Shown: positions 12,545-29,896 of the stretch, one piece after another
How the letters are laid out: each line of letters begins with the position of its first letter
Position numbering within the stretch: position 1 is the first letter of the stretch
From: Octopus vulgaris
Lineage: Eukaryota
Direction: 5' to 3'
DNA: 62,000 nt
Assembly: GCA_951406725.2 (NCBI GenBank)
Contig: OX597822.1
Location: 43,606,001-43,668,000, forward strand
Notes under the pieces: model-generated
Database searches by the model: none
What the model saw: the letters and a program-made list of their open reading frames with translations, nothing else
Told to the model about the DNA's origin: nothing
Program-made: the position numbers and the translations under genes

Positions 12545-12905
12545 TGTATGTGTGTGTATACTCTTTTACTTGTTTCAGTCATTTTGACTGCAGCCATGCT
12601 GGAGCACCGCCTTTAGTCGAGCAAATCAACCGTAGAAATTATTATTTGTAAGTTACGGGGACGTAAACACACCAGCATCGGTTGTCAAGTGATATTGGAG
12701 AAACATGCACAAACACACACACACACATGTATATATATATATATATACATACGAAGGTCGTCTTTCAGTTTCCGTTTATGAAATCCACTCACAAGGTTTT
12801 GGTCACCCCGAGGCTATAGTAGAAGACACTTGCCCAAAGCGCCACACAGTGGGACTGAACCCGGAACCATGTGGTTGGTAAGCAAGCTACATACCACAGA
12901 GACAC
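12545..12905 (-). mobile_element. SINE family A, near full-length
   Basis: Reverse complement of the family A head, core, microsatellite and tail. Confidence 0.85.
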
Positions 12906-14664
12906 TCCATATATGTTGGCGTGCTCGCTTAGCCAACGGTATGGCGTCGTTTGGAGGCTAAAACAATGCTAAAATGCATTGTGATCAGTGATGTGTAACA
13001 TCATTTGATAGCGTGGTCGGTCACGTGATCACGCGATATGTGTGTGTGTGTGTGTGTGTGTGTTTGTGAGTATGTGCATATCTTTGCGTCTGTATTTGTC
13101 CTCTACCATTGCTAGAGAACCGGTGTTGGCGAGTTTATATCCCCCGTAACTTAGCGGATCGGCAAAAAGGACCGAGAGAATACGTACCAGGAAATGAGTA
13201 CTGGGGTCTTCTCGCTTGACTAAAATTCTTCAAGGTGGTGTTCCATCATGGCCGCAGCCTAATGGCTGAAAGAATTCCAAGGTAAAAAATAAACGATAAT
13301 ACCCTGCCATTTAAGGCGGCAGAATATGATTAATCCCTGAGAATCCAAACACAGTAAATATTACGTATTCTTAAGTGCACAACTTTTCCTACGTCTGTTT
13401 TTATCACACATTAAACTATAATATTTCTCAATCCCTTTAATGTAATAAAATCCAACACTTTACGTCCAGGCAGAGATATAGAGAAGGGATGGTCACAGCT
13501 GGAATGTGTTTGACAGCAAATAATGTTTTTGTGTTTCCTTTATACAGACTACATAAATCTAATGTCGCTTCCATTCTTCTCATCTTGCTTCTATCATTTG
13601 GAATTTTATGTTAACGATAGAACAAGTTTTTAGTTGCTAGAATCTAAGATATAAGCTATTCCCCAATCCATATCTTTTATTATTATTTTACTTCGCTTGT
13701 TAAAGACTTCACACTATTCGGATTTATCTTTACACAGCTTACGCTTTAGTTCTTCTCTGCTCTTTTGAAGTCTTCTTTTAAGATTTCACCAAATTCTCTT
13801 CCATCTACCGATTCCTTCTTTCTTCCATTCACTCTGGTTTCTCCATCATCAAATCTCATCACTTCTCCAATACTAAACATTGAATTTGCAGATTCTTCAC
13901 TTTTAAGACAACAGTATTCTTTCCTCACCTCTCTGTCTCTATTTTCCTCTGTTTGTATATGTGTTACTTTCTTTCATGCAGTTCTTATCTCTTCACACTT
14001 TGTTAATTGCCACTATACAACATGCTAATCGAAGTTTTACTTTACTGATATACGTGTTCACCATTACGCAATCGGTAGTGCAGCGGAAAAAATATCTTAA
14101 GGTGTTTAGTTACGTTTCATTATGTTCTGAGTCCAAACACCGACAGTGGCAACTTTCACTTTCACTCTTCCGAGGTCAGTAACACGGAGTATCAGTCAAA
14201 TAATCAGGATTCGTTTAATCAACTGCATTCTGTGCTAACATGAATGACCAGGTATTGCCGTTCGCAAAGTGAGGAAACCATACTACAGCTATGCGTCAAC
14301 TGTTCGCCCATGCTTACTTTGAATGTCTATGTCGTACAGCGATCATCTCACGTAGGAAGAAACTGCCAATCAACTGAATCTATTTGAAAACTGACCTGCC
14401 ATATTTCTTTTGCAAGAGAGACAAGTTACTTTGACTCTGTCTGGTGGAATGGTGAAGGTAGCAGCATGGCGATGGCACTGGTGGTTGTGGTGGTGGAAAG
14501 ATGTTTGGGCAAAAGAGGTGAATATGAAGACAGAAAATTTTCCATCTGATAATCTCTTATCAACGTCTTCGGGTAACAACTTCTCACCTTCTTTTAATCA
14601 CTATTTATTATCTATGTGCTGATTAATACTTTGAGAGTGACGGAAACTGCAAGGAAGTCTGTCG

Positions 14665-14707
<43 letters not shown>

Positions 14708-14742
14708 TATACGTATAGATGTACATATACGTATGTATATAT

Positions 14743-14776
<34 letters not shown>

Positions 14777-14819
14777 ATATGCATATATATGCATACATAC
14801 ACACACATATATATATATG

Positions 14820-14869
<50 letters not shown>

Positions 14870-14873
14870 CATA

Positions 14874-14926
<53 letters not shown>

Positions 14927-15544
14927 TATATTATTATATGATTGAATGCCATGCATTCTCTTCCAAGTAAGTTTTATCTTAACAATTCTGATGCGCACTC
15001 TATATCATTTTTTAGTTTTTCGATTTTCTCTCTTTTTCTCTCTCTTATTCTTTTACCTTTTCTTCACCCACTATTCTATCCTATTACTCTGTCACTCTCT
15101 CTCTCTCACACTTCTCCTCCATTGTTCACGTGGCTCTCATGTGACCATCGGTCATCTTTCTTTCTCTCCGTTGTAGCTGAAACAAGGAATACGTGTTCTT
15201 GTTTGTATCCTGTCCTAGCTTGATTTACGCGTTCACCACAACAACCGAGTTAGCAACCCTTCCTGTTTGTTTCCACTGTCCTGCTTGTGTTACCCTCTGC
15301 AAATTCCCCAATATTAATTAATTTGCTTTTCGGGAGCAACTGTTTTATCGAAAGCGTATATTGCTGTTAAATGCTCGTAATACAAGACTAGACAAACAGC
15401 CAACAACTGATGAAGGGTCGTTATTTATGTTTGCTTTGTTTTCTGTTTGTGTCTTTCGTTGTTCAAAAGAATAGTTCCTGTTCCATGTACTCATGCTTCG
15501 TACTTTTTTGTTGTACACGTTTCATGATGTCCTGTGCCTACATA

Positions 15545-15604
<60 letters not shown>

Positions 15605-15609
<5 letters not shown>

Positions 15610-15813
15610 TCTTTTAATTGTTTCAGTCAGTTGACTGCGGCCATGCTGGAGCACCGCCTTTAGTCGAGCAACTCGACGCCGGGACTTATTCTTTGTAAGC
15701 CCAGTACTTATTCTATCGGTCTCTTTTGCCGAACCGCTAAGTGACGGGGACATAAACACACCAGCATCGGTTGTCAAGCAATGCTAGGGGGACAAACACA
15801 GACACACAAATAT

Positions 15814-15850
<37 letters not shown>
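15605..15850 (-). mobile_element. SINE family A, 3' half
   Basis: Near-identical to 49736-49960. Confidence 0.85.
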
Positions 15851-15882
<32 letters not shown>

Positions 15883-15883
<1 letters not shown>

Positions 15884-16794
15884 GTTTATATATTTGTTGT
15901 GCAAAACATTTTATGTGAAGTCGTGTGTTGAAACAGATATTGTTATATTTCGGGATGGTCATTTTGCCAGTTTAGCCAATAAAATCATACGCACTATATA
16001 TTTGGTGTTACTTTGCTTCAGTGTTATTTATGTTTTACATTAATCTTAATCTTATGTCGGCCAGAGTTCTTTCGTCACACTCCTGTGACCTCATCAGTGG
16101 TCCTTTGTTTTCTTCTTTCTTATTTGTGTCTCTCCTTACTAACCGTCAGCCATTTTGTATTTATATTGTATGTCTTCATTTGCGCATGCTTATATCTCAA
16201 TGTGCGTCTATGTTTATTTAGTGTGTGGGGAGATGCCTGTAATATTTGTATCTTCTGTTTATATACGTTCATGTAATTTATTTTTGCTGTTGTTTTGTTA
16301 TACTTATTTTGTTCATGTATTTACATCCCTTTATTATTATCATTACATATGCTTGTATGTATGTATGTATAACAACAATACTAGTAATAATAATAATAAA
16401 TTAAAATATATATATATATAGTTATTTATTTCTATTTGTTTATTTATCTGTGTATTTATTATGTTTTCGGGATCCTCTACCGTCATATGTTGAAGTGTGT
16501 GCTATTGTTCCATTCTAATTTTCTATTCAGGCTAGGTTTATTTTCTATTATGTGTGTAGCTTCTGTAATTTGTCTGATTGTTGCATCTGTTCTATGTGTG
16601 GACAATATTTTAATTTCTATGTTGTTGATTGATCCCCCGTGCTCCTGTTCGGCGTGTTGGTACAGAATCGATGAGCTTTTACCTTCCTTGAGTTGTCTCC
16701 AATGTTCATAAATAACACTGAAGCAAAGTAACACCAAATATATAGTGCGTGTGATTTTATTGGCTAAACTGGCAAAATGACCATCCCGAAATAT

Positions 16795-16796
<2 letters not shown>
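15883..16796 (-). mobile_element. 5'-truncated Penelope-like element with inverted terminal copy, inserted in (TA)n
   Basis: GIY-YIG C-terminus EHWRQLKEGKSSSILYQHAEQEHGG...RQITEATHIIENKPSLNRKLEW (16706-16483). 90-bp inverted repeat at 15943-16032 and 16707-16796 with one mismatch. Hammerhead in the 3' tail; TA tracts on both sides. Confidence 0.88.
16059..16103 (-). ncRNA. Minimal type I hammerhead ribozyme
   Basis: GGACCA-CUGAUGA-GGUCAC aggagu GUGAC-GAAA-G aa CUC-UGGCC. Intact CUGANGA and GAAA core, 5-bp stem II GUCAC/GUGAC, short stem III, predicted cleavage after C at 16064. Confidence 0.8.
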
Positions 16797-16858
<62 letters not shown>

Positions 16859-17669
16859 GTATGTATAGATTAAGTATGTGCACGCATCATATATATATTA
16901 TATATATATACATACACACACACATATATATACTTATACATATATAAGTATGAATTTATATGTGTGTGTATTTGTTTTTGTTTGCCCCCCCCCACCACCA
17001 CCACCAATTACAGCTTCACATCTGGTATTGGTTTTTTATGACCCCTTAAATAATTAGTTCAGCAAAAGAGAAAGGCAGATTAAGTACCAGACCTTAAGAA
17101 CATAGTACTGAAGTCGACTTGTTGGACTAAAACTCTTCACGGGCCATGCTCCACCCTAGCCGCTCTCCAGTAAACTGACACAAATAAAAAATAAAGCAAA
17201 ATATATTATTTATTCTTATTTTTTTTGTTTTTCATTCGCACTGTGTTACTGGAGGTAAATCTCGCACCATTTCTTGGCTTGTTGCTTATCTGCACTGCTT
17301 GTCTGCACTGACTTCAGCATCGTGTGGCATTTGGCCAATAAAAGAAATCCCCCTCGTCCTCCTTGGCCTCCTCCCCTCCCCTCCTCCTCCTCCTTCTCGT
17401 CGTCGTCGTTCCAAAATCATTTAAGATAGCTTTTGCGTTTCTTTTTTTTTCGGCGTCATACTAACTGTCAAGCCTTAAAAAAATCCTCTTAGAATATGAG
17501 CATTTCCAAAAAAGGACATCAGGACAAACACATGAAAAGGACGACTAATATCATTGTGCCGATGTCCAACCGTTTTTTTTTTTTCGGGTTTCCAATAATA
17601 ATATAAGTTATCTTTGGCTCAGTAGAAGTGTCAATATCATGTTTCATGTTGTTACTGTTACCATTATTA

Positions 17670-18429
17670 TTTAAAAGTTGCACAGTATCCAATATTGGGA
17701 TATTATTGGTTGACTGTATTGTATCTACCAGGGGTTTGTACTGTCTGTCAAGTCACAACAAGGACCTCAGACAAACTGTACTTTATGCAATATGCATGCA
17801 GTTCTAAGCAACGCTGATTTTTGCATTACACCTAGATTTTAGGGCATTTCTAAAGTTCCCAGATGTTTATTTTCAGGTTGGGTGGTATTGAACCCACTCC
17901 TCCGATTACAATAAGGACAAACTTTATGTTCGACTCTCGTAGCTGCCACATCTTAGCGATCTCAATTCTCAGGTCTCCATATTTATCAACCCCTTTCTCT
18001 CTCTTTCGTGATGATATGTTGATCTCCTGGCACTGCCACGTCGATTATTAGGCACTCTTGTTTGTCCCTCCTAAAGTCCCAAAGGATTTTTGCCTTCGCC
18101 TTTTTGTCCATTACATTTACTAGTGTATGTTGGTACCAAGCACCCTTTACCTCATATAAATATTTCCGGCATAGTAGCCATTGCAGGTTTTGGGCTAATT
18201 CGTCGTGTCTGCTCTTGTACTCTTTCTGCGCAAGACTTTCACACACATTAACAATCTGAGTTACGATTTCGACCCTCTTCCCACACATTCGGGAGAGGTT
18301 CCTTGAACTTGTGTGCTATATATCCCTTTACACTGAGTTGGTGTTTAATGCCTGATCCAGGGCAGCGATGATTAGGCCTTTAGTCTTCTGTTTTAGGCCA
18401 CCCTTACTGAGCCATCTCCATGAAGCTTC

Positions 18430-18432
<3 letters not shown>
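17670..18432 (-). mobile_element. Old R4/Dong-like LINE 3' fragment (zinc-knuckle and RLE region)
   Basis: SWRWL..LKQKTKGLIIAALDQAL, LAQKEYKSRHD, KILWDF, CLIIDVAVPGD and QKSALLRTACILHKV, with stops and frameshifts. Confidence 0.85.

Positions 18433-18508
<76 letters not shown>
18433..18508. repeat. (TTA)n tract, target of the Dong-like element
   Basis: Pure TTA repeat abutting the element 3' end. Confidence 0.97.
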
Positions 18509-22014
<3,506 letters not shown>

Positions 22015-24638
22015 CAGTAGTTTTATTTTTATAGCGTGCTTTCACTTCACTACCGAGCGCAGCTCTGTGTGCCTTGGGTATGTGCTGTGATTTGTTGTGA
22101 TGCTCTGATGGTTATTGTATGGAAAGTGTTCTGCGTAGGATGTGTGCAGTGCCTAGTAGTGCAATTTTCTGTATGTTATATGTGTTTGTAAGTCCTGGTG
22201 TTTTTGTTATGTATTTGTCTGAATATTTTTTTATCATGCCTAATGCACCTACTATGATAGGAATTGTTTCTGTTTTCAGATTCCACATTCTAGTTACCTC
22301 TATTTCCAGGTCTTTGTATTTTGAGAGTTTCTCCATTTCTTTTAGAGACACGTTGTCATCAGCCGGTTTTGATACATCAATTAGAAAGCATTTTTTTTCT
22401 TCATGGTCTCTGACAACTATATCTGGTCTGTTGGCCTTAATTTCACTATCTGTGTGTATCGGCATATCCCAGAGTATGGTTGTTTTCTCGTTTTCTGTGA
22501 CCATTTCTGGTGTGTGCCTATACCATCTTTTTTCTGTTGTTATTCCATAATGTTGGCATAGCTTCCAATGTATGTAGGTTCCAACTCTGTCATGTCTGTG
22601 AATATATTTCTTCTTAGCCAGGACTGGGCAGCTAGAGATAATATGATTTATTGTTTCTTGTCCATCTCCACATATTCTGCAGTTACTTGTAATATTTCTT
22701 TTCATTACATGTTTTTGGTAATTTCTGGTGGGGAGGCTTTGGTCTTGTGCTGCAATTAAAAATCCCTCTGTTTCTGCTTTGAGTCCTGAGCTTCTCAACC
22801 ATTGCTGGGATTTTTCTTTGTCTATTTCTTTTGCGTTTAGTTTAGTCCAGTATTTACCATGAAGGGGCTTTTCTTGCCATCGTTTTATCATGGTTCGTTG
22901 CTGTTCTATTTTTAGTTTGGATTTCATTTGTATTATAGCTTTTGTTGTTTCTTCATCTTCTTTTTCTTCTTCATGTTTATTAGGTGGTATGATTTCTTGT
23001 TTGTATTTGTCAGCTTCCTTAAATACTGAGAACAGTTTTTTGTTTTGCTCGTGTTTTGCCGCTATCTGGATCAGTTTTCCTTCCTTCTGAAGTAGATATT
23101 TTTGCAGTCCTATGGTGGTTATTTTATAGTAGTTTTCCAGCTGTATAAGACCTCTACCACCTTCTATACGTTTTATATATAGTCTTTCTATGTCAGATTT
23201 TGGTGATGCATCCTAGATCCTGTCATTATTTTTCTTGTTTTCCTATCTATTTTGGTCAGTTCATTTCGTGTCCAGTTAAGGATATTGTAGCTGTAACTTA
23301 TAACTGGGACAGCTAAAGTGTTGATACCTATTATCTTGTTTTTAGCATTGAGCTCTGTGTTTAGTATTGATCTAACTCGTCTATAATATTCTTTTTTTAT
23401 TTTCTCTTTCATTTGTGTGTGTTGTGTCTTATCTAGTTCATGGATTCCTAAGTATTTGTAAGTTTGGCTTTGGTCTAATTCTTTTATTTCATTGGTTTTA
23501 TCTAGTGTGATGTTGCTACTCTTAACTATTTTTCCTCTTTTCATGGTTACTTTGGCGCATTTTTCTAATCCAAATTTCATATCTATTTCTTTGGTAAATC
23601 CATGAACTGTCTTTAATAGTGTTTCCAGCTGTTTGTCATTTGTAGCGTATAGTTTTAGGTCATCCATATATAAAAGGTGGCTGATCGTTTTGCCGTAACA
23701 TTTATATCTGCATCCAGTTCTATTTAGCATATCAGATAGAGGTGACAGTGCCAAGCAGAGAAGGAGTGGAGAGAGCGTGTCTCCCTGGAATATTCCTCTT
23801 CTAATGGGGATGTCTTTGGTTTTCATGAGTCCCTCTTTTGTTTGGAGGTGTAGGACTGTTTGCCATTTATTCATAGAGTGCTCTATGAATTTTATGATTG
23901 TTGGTGCTACTTTGTTAATGGCTAGTGTTTCGAGGATCCATGTGTGGGGGATGCTATCAAACGCCTTTTTGTAGTCAATCCAGGCCATACTGAGGCCTTT
24001 CTACTTTCTGTGGCTGTCTTCAGTTATTGCTTTATTAATCATTAGTTGATCTTTACAGCCATATGAGCCTTTGCGGCATCCTTTCTGCTCTTCTGGGAAC
24101 AGTTTGTTTTCGTCCAGGTGCTTGTTCAGCCTTTGTGATATCACTGCAGTAAATGCCATGAACATAGTAGGGAGGCAGGTTATTGGTCTGTAGTTTTCTG
24201 GTTTTTCTGTTTCATTTGATTTGGGAATTAAAATGGTTTTCCCCTTCGTGAGCCATTCAGGCATTGTCTCTGGCTCTGCTAGTACGTTGTTAAAGTTTTC
24301 AGCCAGCTTTTTGTGCATTCCTGTTAGATATTTCAACCAGAAGTTGGGGATCTTGTCATGCCCAGGTGCCTTCCAGCTGCTTAGTCTTTGCAGTGCCTGG
24401 GTGACCTCTTCAGTTGTTATGGGGGTCCAAAGTTGTTCAGATGCCGAGTTTGTTATTTTGATACTCCTTTTTTTGGTGGTTCGTTCGCTGACCATATTTC
24501 TCTCCAGAATTCTTCCAATTCTTCTGCCGTTGGTGCTGCAGTGACTTCTATTTTATTTTTTCCCAATTCTTGGTAGAACTTTTTGGGGTTGGAGTTGAAC
24601 TTTTTGTTTTCTTCAAAGAAGCGTTGGCGTTTCTTGTA
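22015..24638 (-). mobile_element. R4/Dong-clade retrotransposon, copy 2 (more 5'-truncated)
   Basis: Same motifs and same 3' end as copy 1, highly similar along its length, with its own lesions (TAG at ~24003, frameshift at ~23200). Confidence 0.96.
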
Positions 24639-24651
24639 TTATATACATATA

Positions 24652-24847
24652 CATGCTTTGCTCCTAGACGTAGAAATGTGTATGTATGTGTGCGTATACA
24701 TATCTAGCAAATAAACCTAATTAAATCGTGTATAAATACATATGCATATTCAGGTGTATACTAATCAATTTTGCAATATGAAACACTTACTTAATATGAA
24801 TGGAGAACGAACCAGCGTTCAGGCTTTGGTGTCGTCTGCTTAATAAT
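24652..24847. repeat. 196-bp direct duplication (second copy at 25981-26176)
   Basis: catgctttgctcctagacg...gtcgtctgcttaataat occurs twice at an offset of 1329 bp, about five substitutions by eye. Confidence 0.93.
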
Positions 24848-24849
24848 AT

Positions 24850-24866
24850 TCTTCTTCTTATTATTA

Positions 24867-24933
<67 letters not shown>

Positions 24934-25170
24934 CATTATTGATTTTGCACTGCTTCTAACGCTGGAGATGTACTGCGTTGTCAGCTGTTCACTACTAATC
25001 AACTAAGGTAACACATCGTATTTTTCGAGCACTTTCCGGAGTATACAAGCGGTTCGAAGCAGTACTGTTTTCTGCAAGTGATCCACCCTTATTGCAGTCC
25101 CTATTTGTTCCACGTACTTCTCAAGATATTTACTCACTATTCCCAGGGCTCCGATAACATTTTCCTCTAA
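24850..25170 (-). mobile_element. Old R4-like extreme 3' fragment plus (TAA)n tail
   Basis: IGALGIVSKYLEKYVEQIGTAIRVDHLQKTVLLRTACILRKVLE matches the RLE C-terminus (GALG...QK..LL.TA.ILR.VL), followed on the minus strand by (TAA)n at ~24940-24850. Confidence 0.82.
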
Positions 25171-25600
25171 AGCAACGCCCCCCACAAAAAAAAAACTGAT
25201 TTATTCCCAACACTCTTAATCGCAAAAAGAGAAACAATCAACCGTATATAGCACTGGTTGTTTTACTTAGTAGCTGCTAGCTGTCAGTAGCAACCTCATC
25301 GAATGGCTATCAGCAACATTCAAGTGCTTTAGCTCAACGTGATCTCAAAACAGACAATGAGAGCAAGAAATTTTCGTCATCCAGTTGCATTTATCCTTAT
25401 TTAGGGGTTGCGAAATACTTGTAAGTCAAAGGCATACATACACACGAACAGAGGTGTTTCCTTCTCTTCTACGATTCTTAAAACATTGCAACATTAATGA
25501 ACTACCAATTCAAATATGACGTCTACGAAAGTTGTTATTAGTAAATTTTTCGTCTGTACATCTGTAATAAACACATATATATGTGTAAATATATATGCGT

Positions 25601-25815
25601 AGAGGCGCAATGGCCTAGTGGTTAGGGCAGCGGACTCGCGGTCGCAGGATCGCGGTTTCGATTCTCAGACCGGGCGTTGTGTGTGTTTATTGAGCGAAAA
25701 CACCTAAAAGCTCTACGAGGCTCCGGCAGGGGGTGGTGATCCCTGCTGTACTCTTTCACCACAATGGCGGTGCCCCAGCATGGCCACAGCTCAAGAGCTG
25801 AAACTGGAAAAACAA
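25601..25815 (+). mobile_element. SINE, family C head joined to a family A-type tail end
   Basis: ggcgcaatggcctagtggttagggcagcggactcgcggtcg head; switches to ggcggtgccccagcatggccacag at ~25766. Confidence 0.8.
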
Positions 25816-25939
25816 AACAAACAAAAAAAAAAAAAATACATATATATATACATATCACATACATATACTCCTTAGTGGACTGCTAATACAAAAACAATTC
25901 CTTACGTCACAATATTTGGCACATATATGTCTTTCTCAT

Positions 25940-25983
<44 letters not shown>

Positions 25984-27033
25984 GCTTTGCTCCTAGACGT
26001 AGAAATATGTATGTATGTGTGCGTATACATATGTAGCAAATAAACCTAATTAAATCGTGTATAAATACATATACATATTTAGGTGTATACTAATCAATTT
26101 TGCAATATGAAACACTTACTTAATATGAATGGAGAACGAACCAGCGTTCATGCTTTGGTGTCGTCTGCTTAATAATGGCACCCTGTAGCACTATAGATAA
26201 CACTTCAATATAAAAGCATGACTGTCGTTCTGCCTTGTAATTCATGAAATAATACATGTTTTAATGCAGGGATTCTTTCGATATCCCTCCTAATTTCGTT
26301 TCTGTCTTTATGGCACAAAATTAGGTTCTTATTCGGAAAGTTTACATCAATATATTCTACGTTTCTGCTAGACGGAGTTTCAATCCATTTATTTAATGGT
26401 TGACATTTTCGATCATTGCTCTCTTTATGGCTACTACTTCGCTGACGTTCTGCTTTAATGGCTAGGAATATCTTTTGTGTTTATGGATATATCTTTACTT
26501 GCATTCTTCTTTAATGATCCAATATACTCGGATGAAGTTGTATCATTACTTCATGTATTTCAGAAGATTTGGTTGTGCTGAGTGTATCAGATTTCAAACG
26601 TATCCTATAAGTATGTTTGATATAAGCTTTTTAAGGCAAATGTTCACGAAACACAACCGTACATAGATCAATGGTGTGTGTATATTTACAAACACGCGCA
26701 CAATATGTGGTGTGTTCGTGTGCGTGTGCCTTTGTGTCTGTGTACGCATGTCAATGTATTTCACGTATCCACTCGAAAATGTGATGAGTAGGCGTATCTC
26801 TTTACACAAACACGCGCGCACGCACACATACGCACGTATATATATATATTTAAATACTTGTGTAGAAATAGCATGACACTGCATGAAGTTAAACTATTGA
26901 ATACAGGTATGCTTATGAGTCTGTATTCATATACACATTGACATGCATGTATGCACGTACACGCACAAACACACACACACGGACACACACACATATATAG
27001 ATCCACCTATGGTTATATGCATGTATATGTATG

Positions 27034-27065
<32 letters not shown>

Positions 27066-27099
27066 TGTGTGTTTATTCATACACACACTGGCACACACA

Positions 27100-27197
<98 letters not shown>

Positions 27198-28294
27198 ATT
27201 TAATATAGCCAATATTTAAATTTGAGCTATTATAGCAATCTTTCAATCTCAAATAAACTACATGGATGGTCATTTGTGAATAAACAAGTACGGCAAAGGA
27301 CGCTGATCTTTGCGAAAATATAAGCAAAAATGTAAATGATGGAAAAGCAAAATGTGGAATGGGAAAAAGATAAACAAAGCGAAACTTAAGAATTACATCC
27401 TTTTGCCTATTCTAATGTGAATTAATTGGTGAAAATTAATTCAAAGGGAAGAAGGTAAAAGTCTGAGATTTTTTCTGTTTAATCCGTAGCGTGTTGTGAC
27501 CTCCAGTAGAATAAAAGAAATTTCTCCATATACCTACATTTGATAAACATTTCAAATTTGGCATGTTGTAGGTTTTCGGAGTTCTTAGATCTAAAACAAT
27601 ATGAAATCGTTTGGCGAAACGATACCTGCATGTATTCGATCCATGAACGTGTGGTGTTGGTAGTTTCACTGCGCTCCACTTGATGGTGCGTGGTGAGCAT
27701 TTGGTCTTAAAATCCCAGCTATGGCTAGCAAACTTCGTGGCTTTCTTCTCATCCACGTGTCGGAAAGAAGATGCGTATTTGTGTACCGTTTTTAAAATTT
27801 CCTTCATACATATCAATAGAAGAGTACCATGGATTAACTAAAGTCCATCTTTGAAATTTTTATTAATGGACAGATATGAAGAAATTTATTTTGTTTGAGA
27901 GGAAAGTACTACCCACTGCGGATTAGGCAGTCTAACAAACTTCTGTCTTCTCTTTGAATTAACTTACATCAGCCTTATAAATTCTTAATAGAATTGACAG
28001 AAGGTCGTAACTCTTGGTTCTCTTTTTCTTCTTTCTTATTCCACTTTTTTTCTTTTAACTTGCTCTCATCCGTTCCGTGTTTGCTCAAAGACCAGTACCC
28101 TTTCACGTTTTCTCAAAATCTAACAGGTATATTGTATATTGAATCCTGAAGACGGCTTCGAAAGAAAGTATCGTATTCAAGCTTGTCAGTTTTTGTACCA
28201 TGAAATTACTGTGTATATTAAATGATACTTATCTATCTTTGGAAGGTATACATCCATTGTTACTCGCACCATTAACGGAACAGCAAATTATATG

Positions 28295-28341
<47 letters not shown>

Positions 28342-28344
<3 letters not shown>

Positions 28345-29602
28345 TTGGTCATCTAACAAATAATAGGATTTTTTATATTTCCTTCATTTTTCAAAATTGA
28401 GATAAACAAAGTTATTTTTTAATCTAAAATACAATGTCCTTCATTTTATACACTTTTCTTCCATCTATCTGTTTGACTTGCAAAGACCCTCTTCCAAATT
28501 TTCCTAGTCCGTAACGAAACATACTCTTCCAGTACTGTTCTAAACTCATCTACAGAATTCATATTTCTTTCCGTGCAAATGATTTTGAAGACTGAGGAAT
28601 AAATGATAATCAGAAGGAACAATGTCCAACGAATGTCGTGGGTGCGGCATCATTTCCAATTCAACCTGTTCCAACCTTTCGAATGTCATTCTTGCGGTAT
28701 GTGGCCGAGCATTATCCTGATGGAAGAACACCTTTCGTTTGAAACCAAAGATGGACGTTTTTCTTCTAACGCTGACTTGAGCCGCTCAAGCTGTTCCTGG
28801 TAGATCTCCTTTCTCTTCGTTTGCCTTGGGTTTAAAAGTTCAAAGTGGACTAAACCTTTCATATCCCACTAAACAGATAACAACACCTTACATGGATGAC
28901 GACTTTTCTTAGCCTGGGGTGCTGTTGTTTTTCCTTTCCCTATCCGCTGTCTTCGGCGCTTGACATTTTTATAGGGAACCCATTTCCCGTCACCAGTCAC
29001 TTTTCGGTACAAAAATGTTCATTCGTGAGACGTGACAGCAAAGAAGAGCACACATTCACTCTCTGCGCTCGATAAGACTCTGAAAATTTGTGAGGAACCT
29101 ATTGACCCGATTTTTTTACTTTTTCGCTGGCACGCAGATGTCGATGAATGGTTGAATGACCAAATCTAAGCTACTCTGCTAGTTCCTCAACAGTTACGAT
29201 GGGATTTTTTTACACCAGTGTTTGCAGGACGTTATCGTCGAGCTCTACAGATCTTCCAGGACGAGGCTCATCTTCTTGGCTGCATTTCCCGGCTCGGAAT
29301 TTATTGAACCACCATTGACACTCGCTTACGTTTATTGTCCGATCCTTATATTCATCGCATTCTCCATTGCGTTGCTGTCTTTCTTGAACACATAAAGCAA
29401 AATATGCCGAATATGCTCCTTTGCCACTCCCATTATAGCTTTGAAAAAATAACTGTTAAAATCAAACTGCACTCCTCAAAACTTGTACTAAGAATAAGTA
29501 CAGGTATTTATAGCAAGTTGATGAAGGTAGTTTATCCCAACCCTCACCGATTTTTAGTTCATGCAGTTGAAAAAACCGTATTATTTATGGGACGACACAA
29601 TA
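28342..29602 (-). mobile_element. Mariner (DD34D), full-length decayed, copy 2
   Basis: TIRs at 28342 (tatttggtcatc...aaataat) and 29572-29602 (aaaaccgtattatttatgggacgacacaata). FHQDNARPH...DIVPSDYHLF gives 34 residues between the last two Asp. Confidence 0.93.
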
Positions 29603-29620
29603 TATATATATATATATATG

Positions 29621-29666
<46 letters not shown>

Positions 29667-29689
29667 CGTAAGTATGTATGTATACTGAC

Positions 29690-29864
29690 ATATAAGCGAC
29701 GGACGACTTTCAGTTTCCATCTACCAAATCCCTTCACAAGGCTCTGGTCGACCCGAGGTTATATAAGAAGAAACTTGCGCAAGATGCTACTGGGTGGGAG
29801 TGAACCAGGAACCATGTGGCTGGGAAGCCAACTTCTTACAACACAACCAAGCCTGTGCCAACAA

Positions 29865-29896
<32 letters not shown>

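Noticed and set aside
13746-14622. Protein-like short frames (13746-13928; 14370-14622) and the 126-aa ORF at 27436-27816
   Set aside because: No recognisable motif and no consistent splice-site pair or strand; left unannotated.
28140-28180. ctgaagacggcttcgaaag as a hammerhead
   Set aside because: CUGAAGA box and a possible stem I (tgaat/attca) exist, but stem II, GAAA and stem III cannot be arranged convincingly; at most a remnant.
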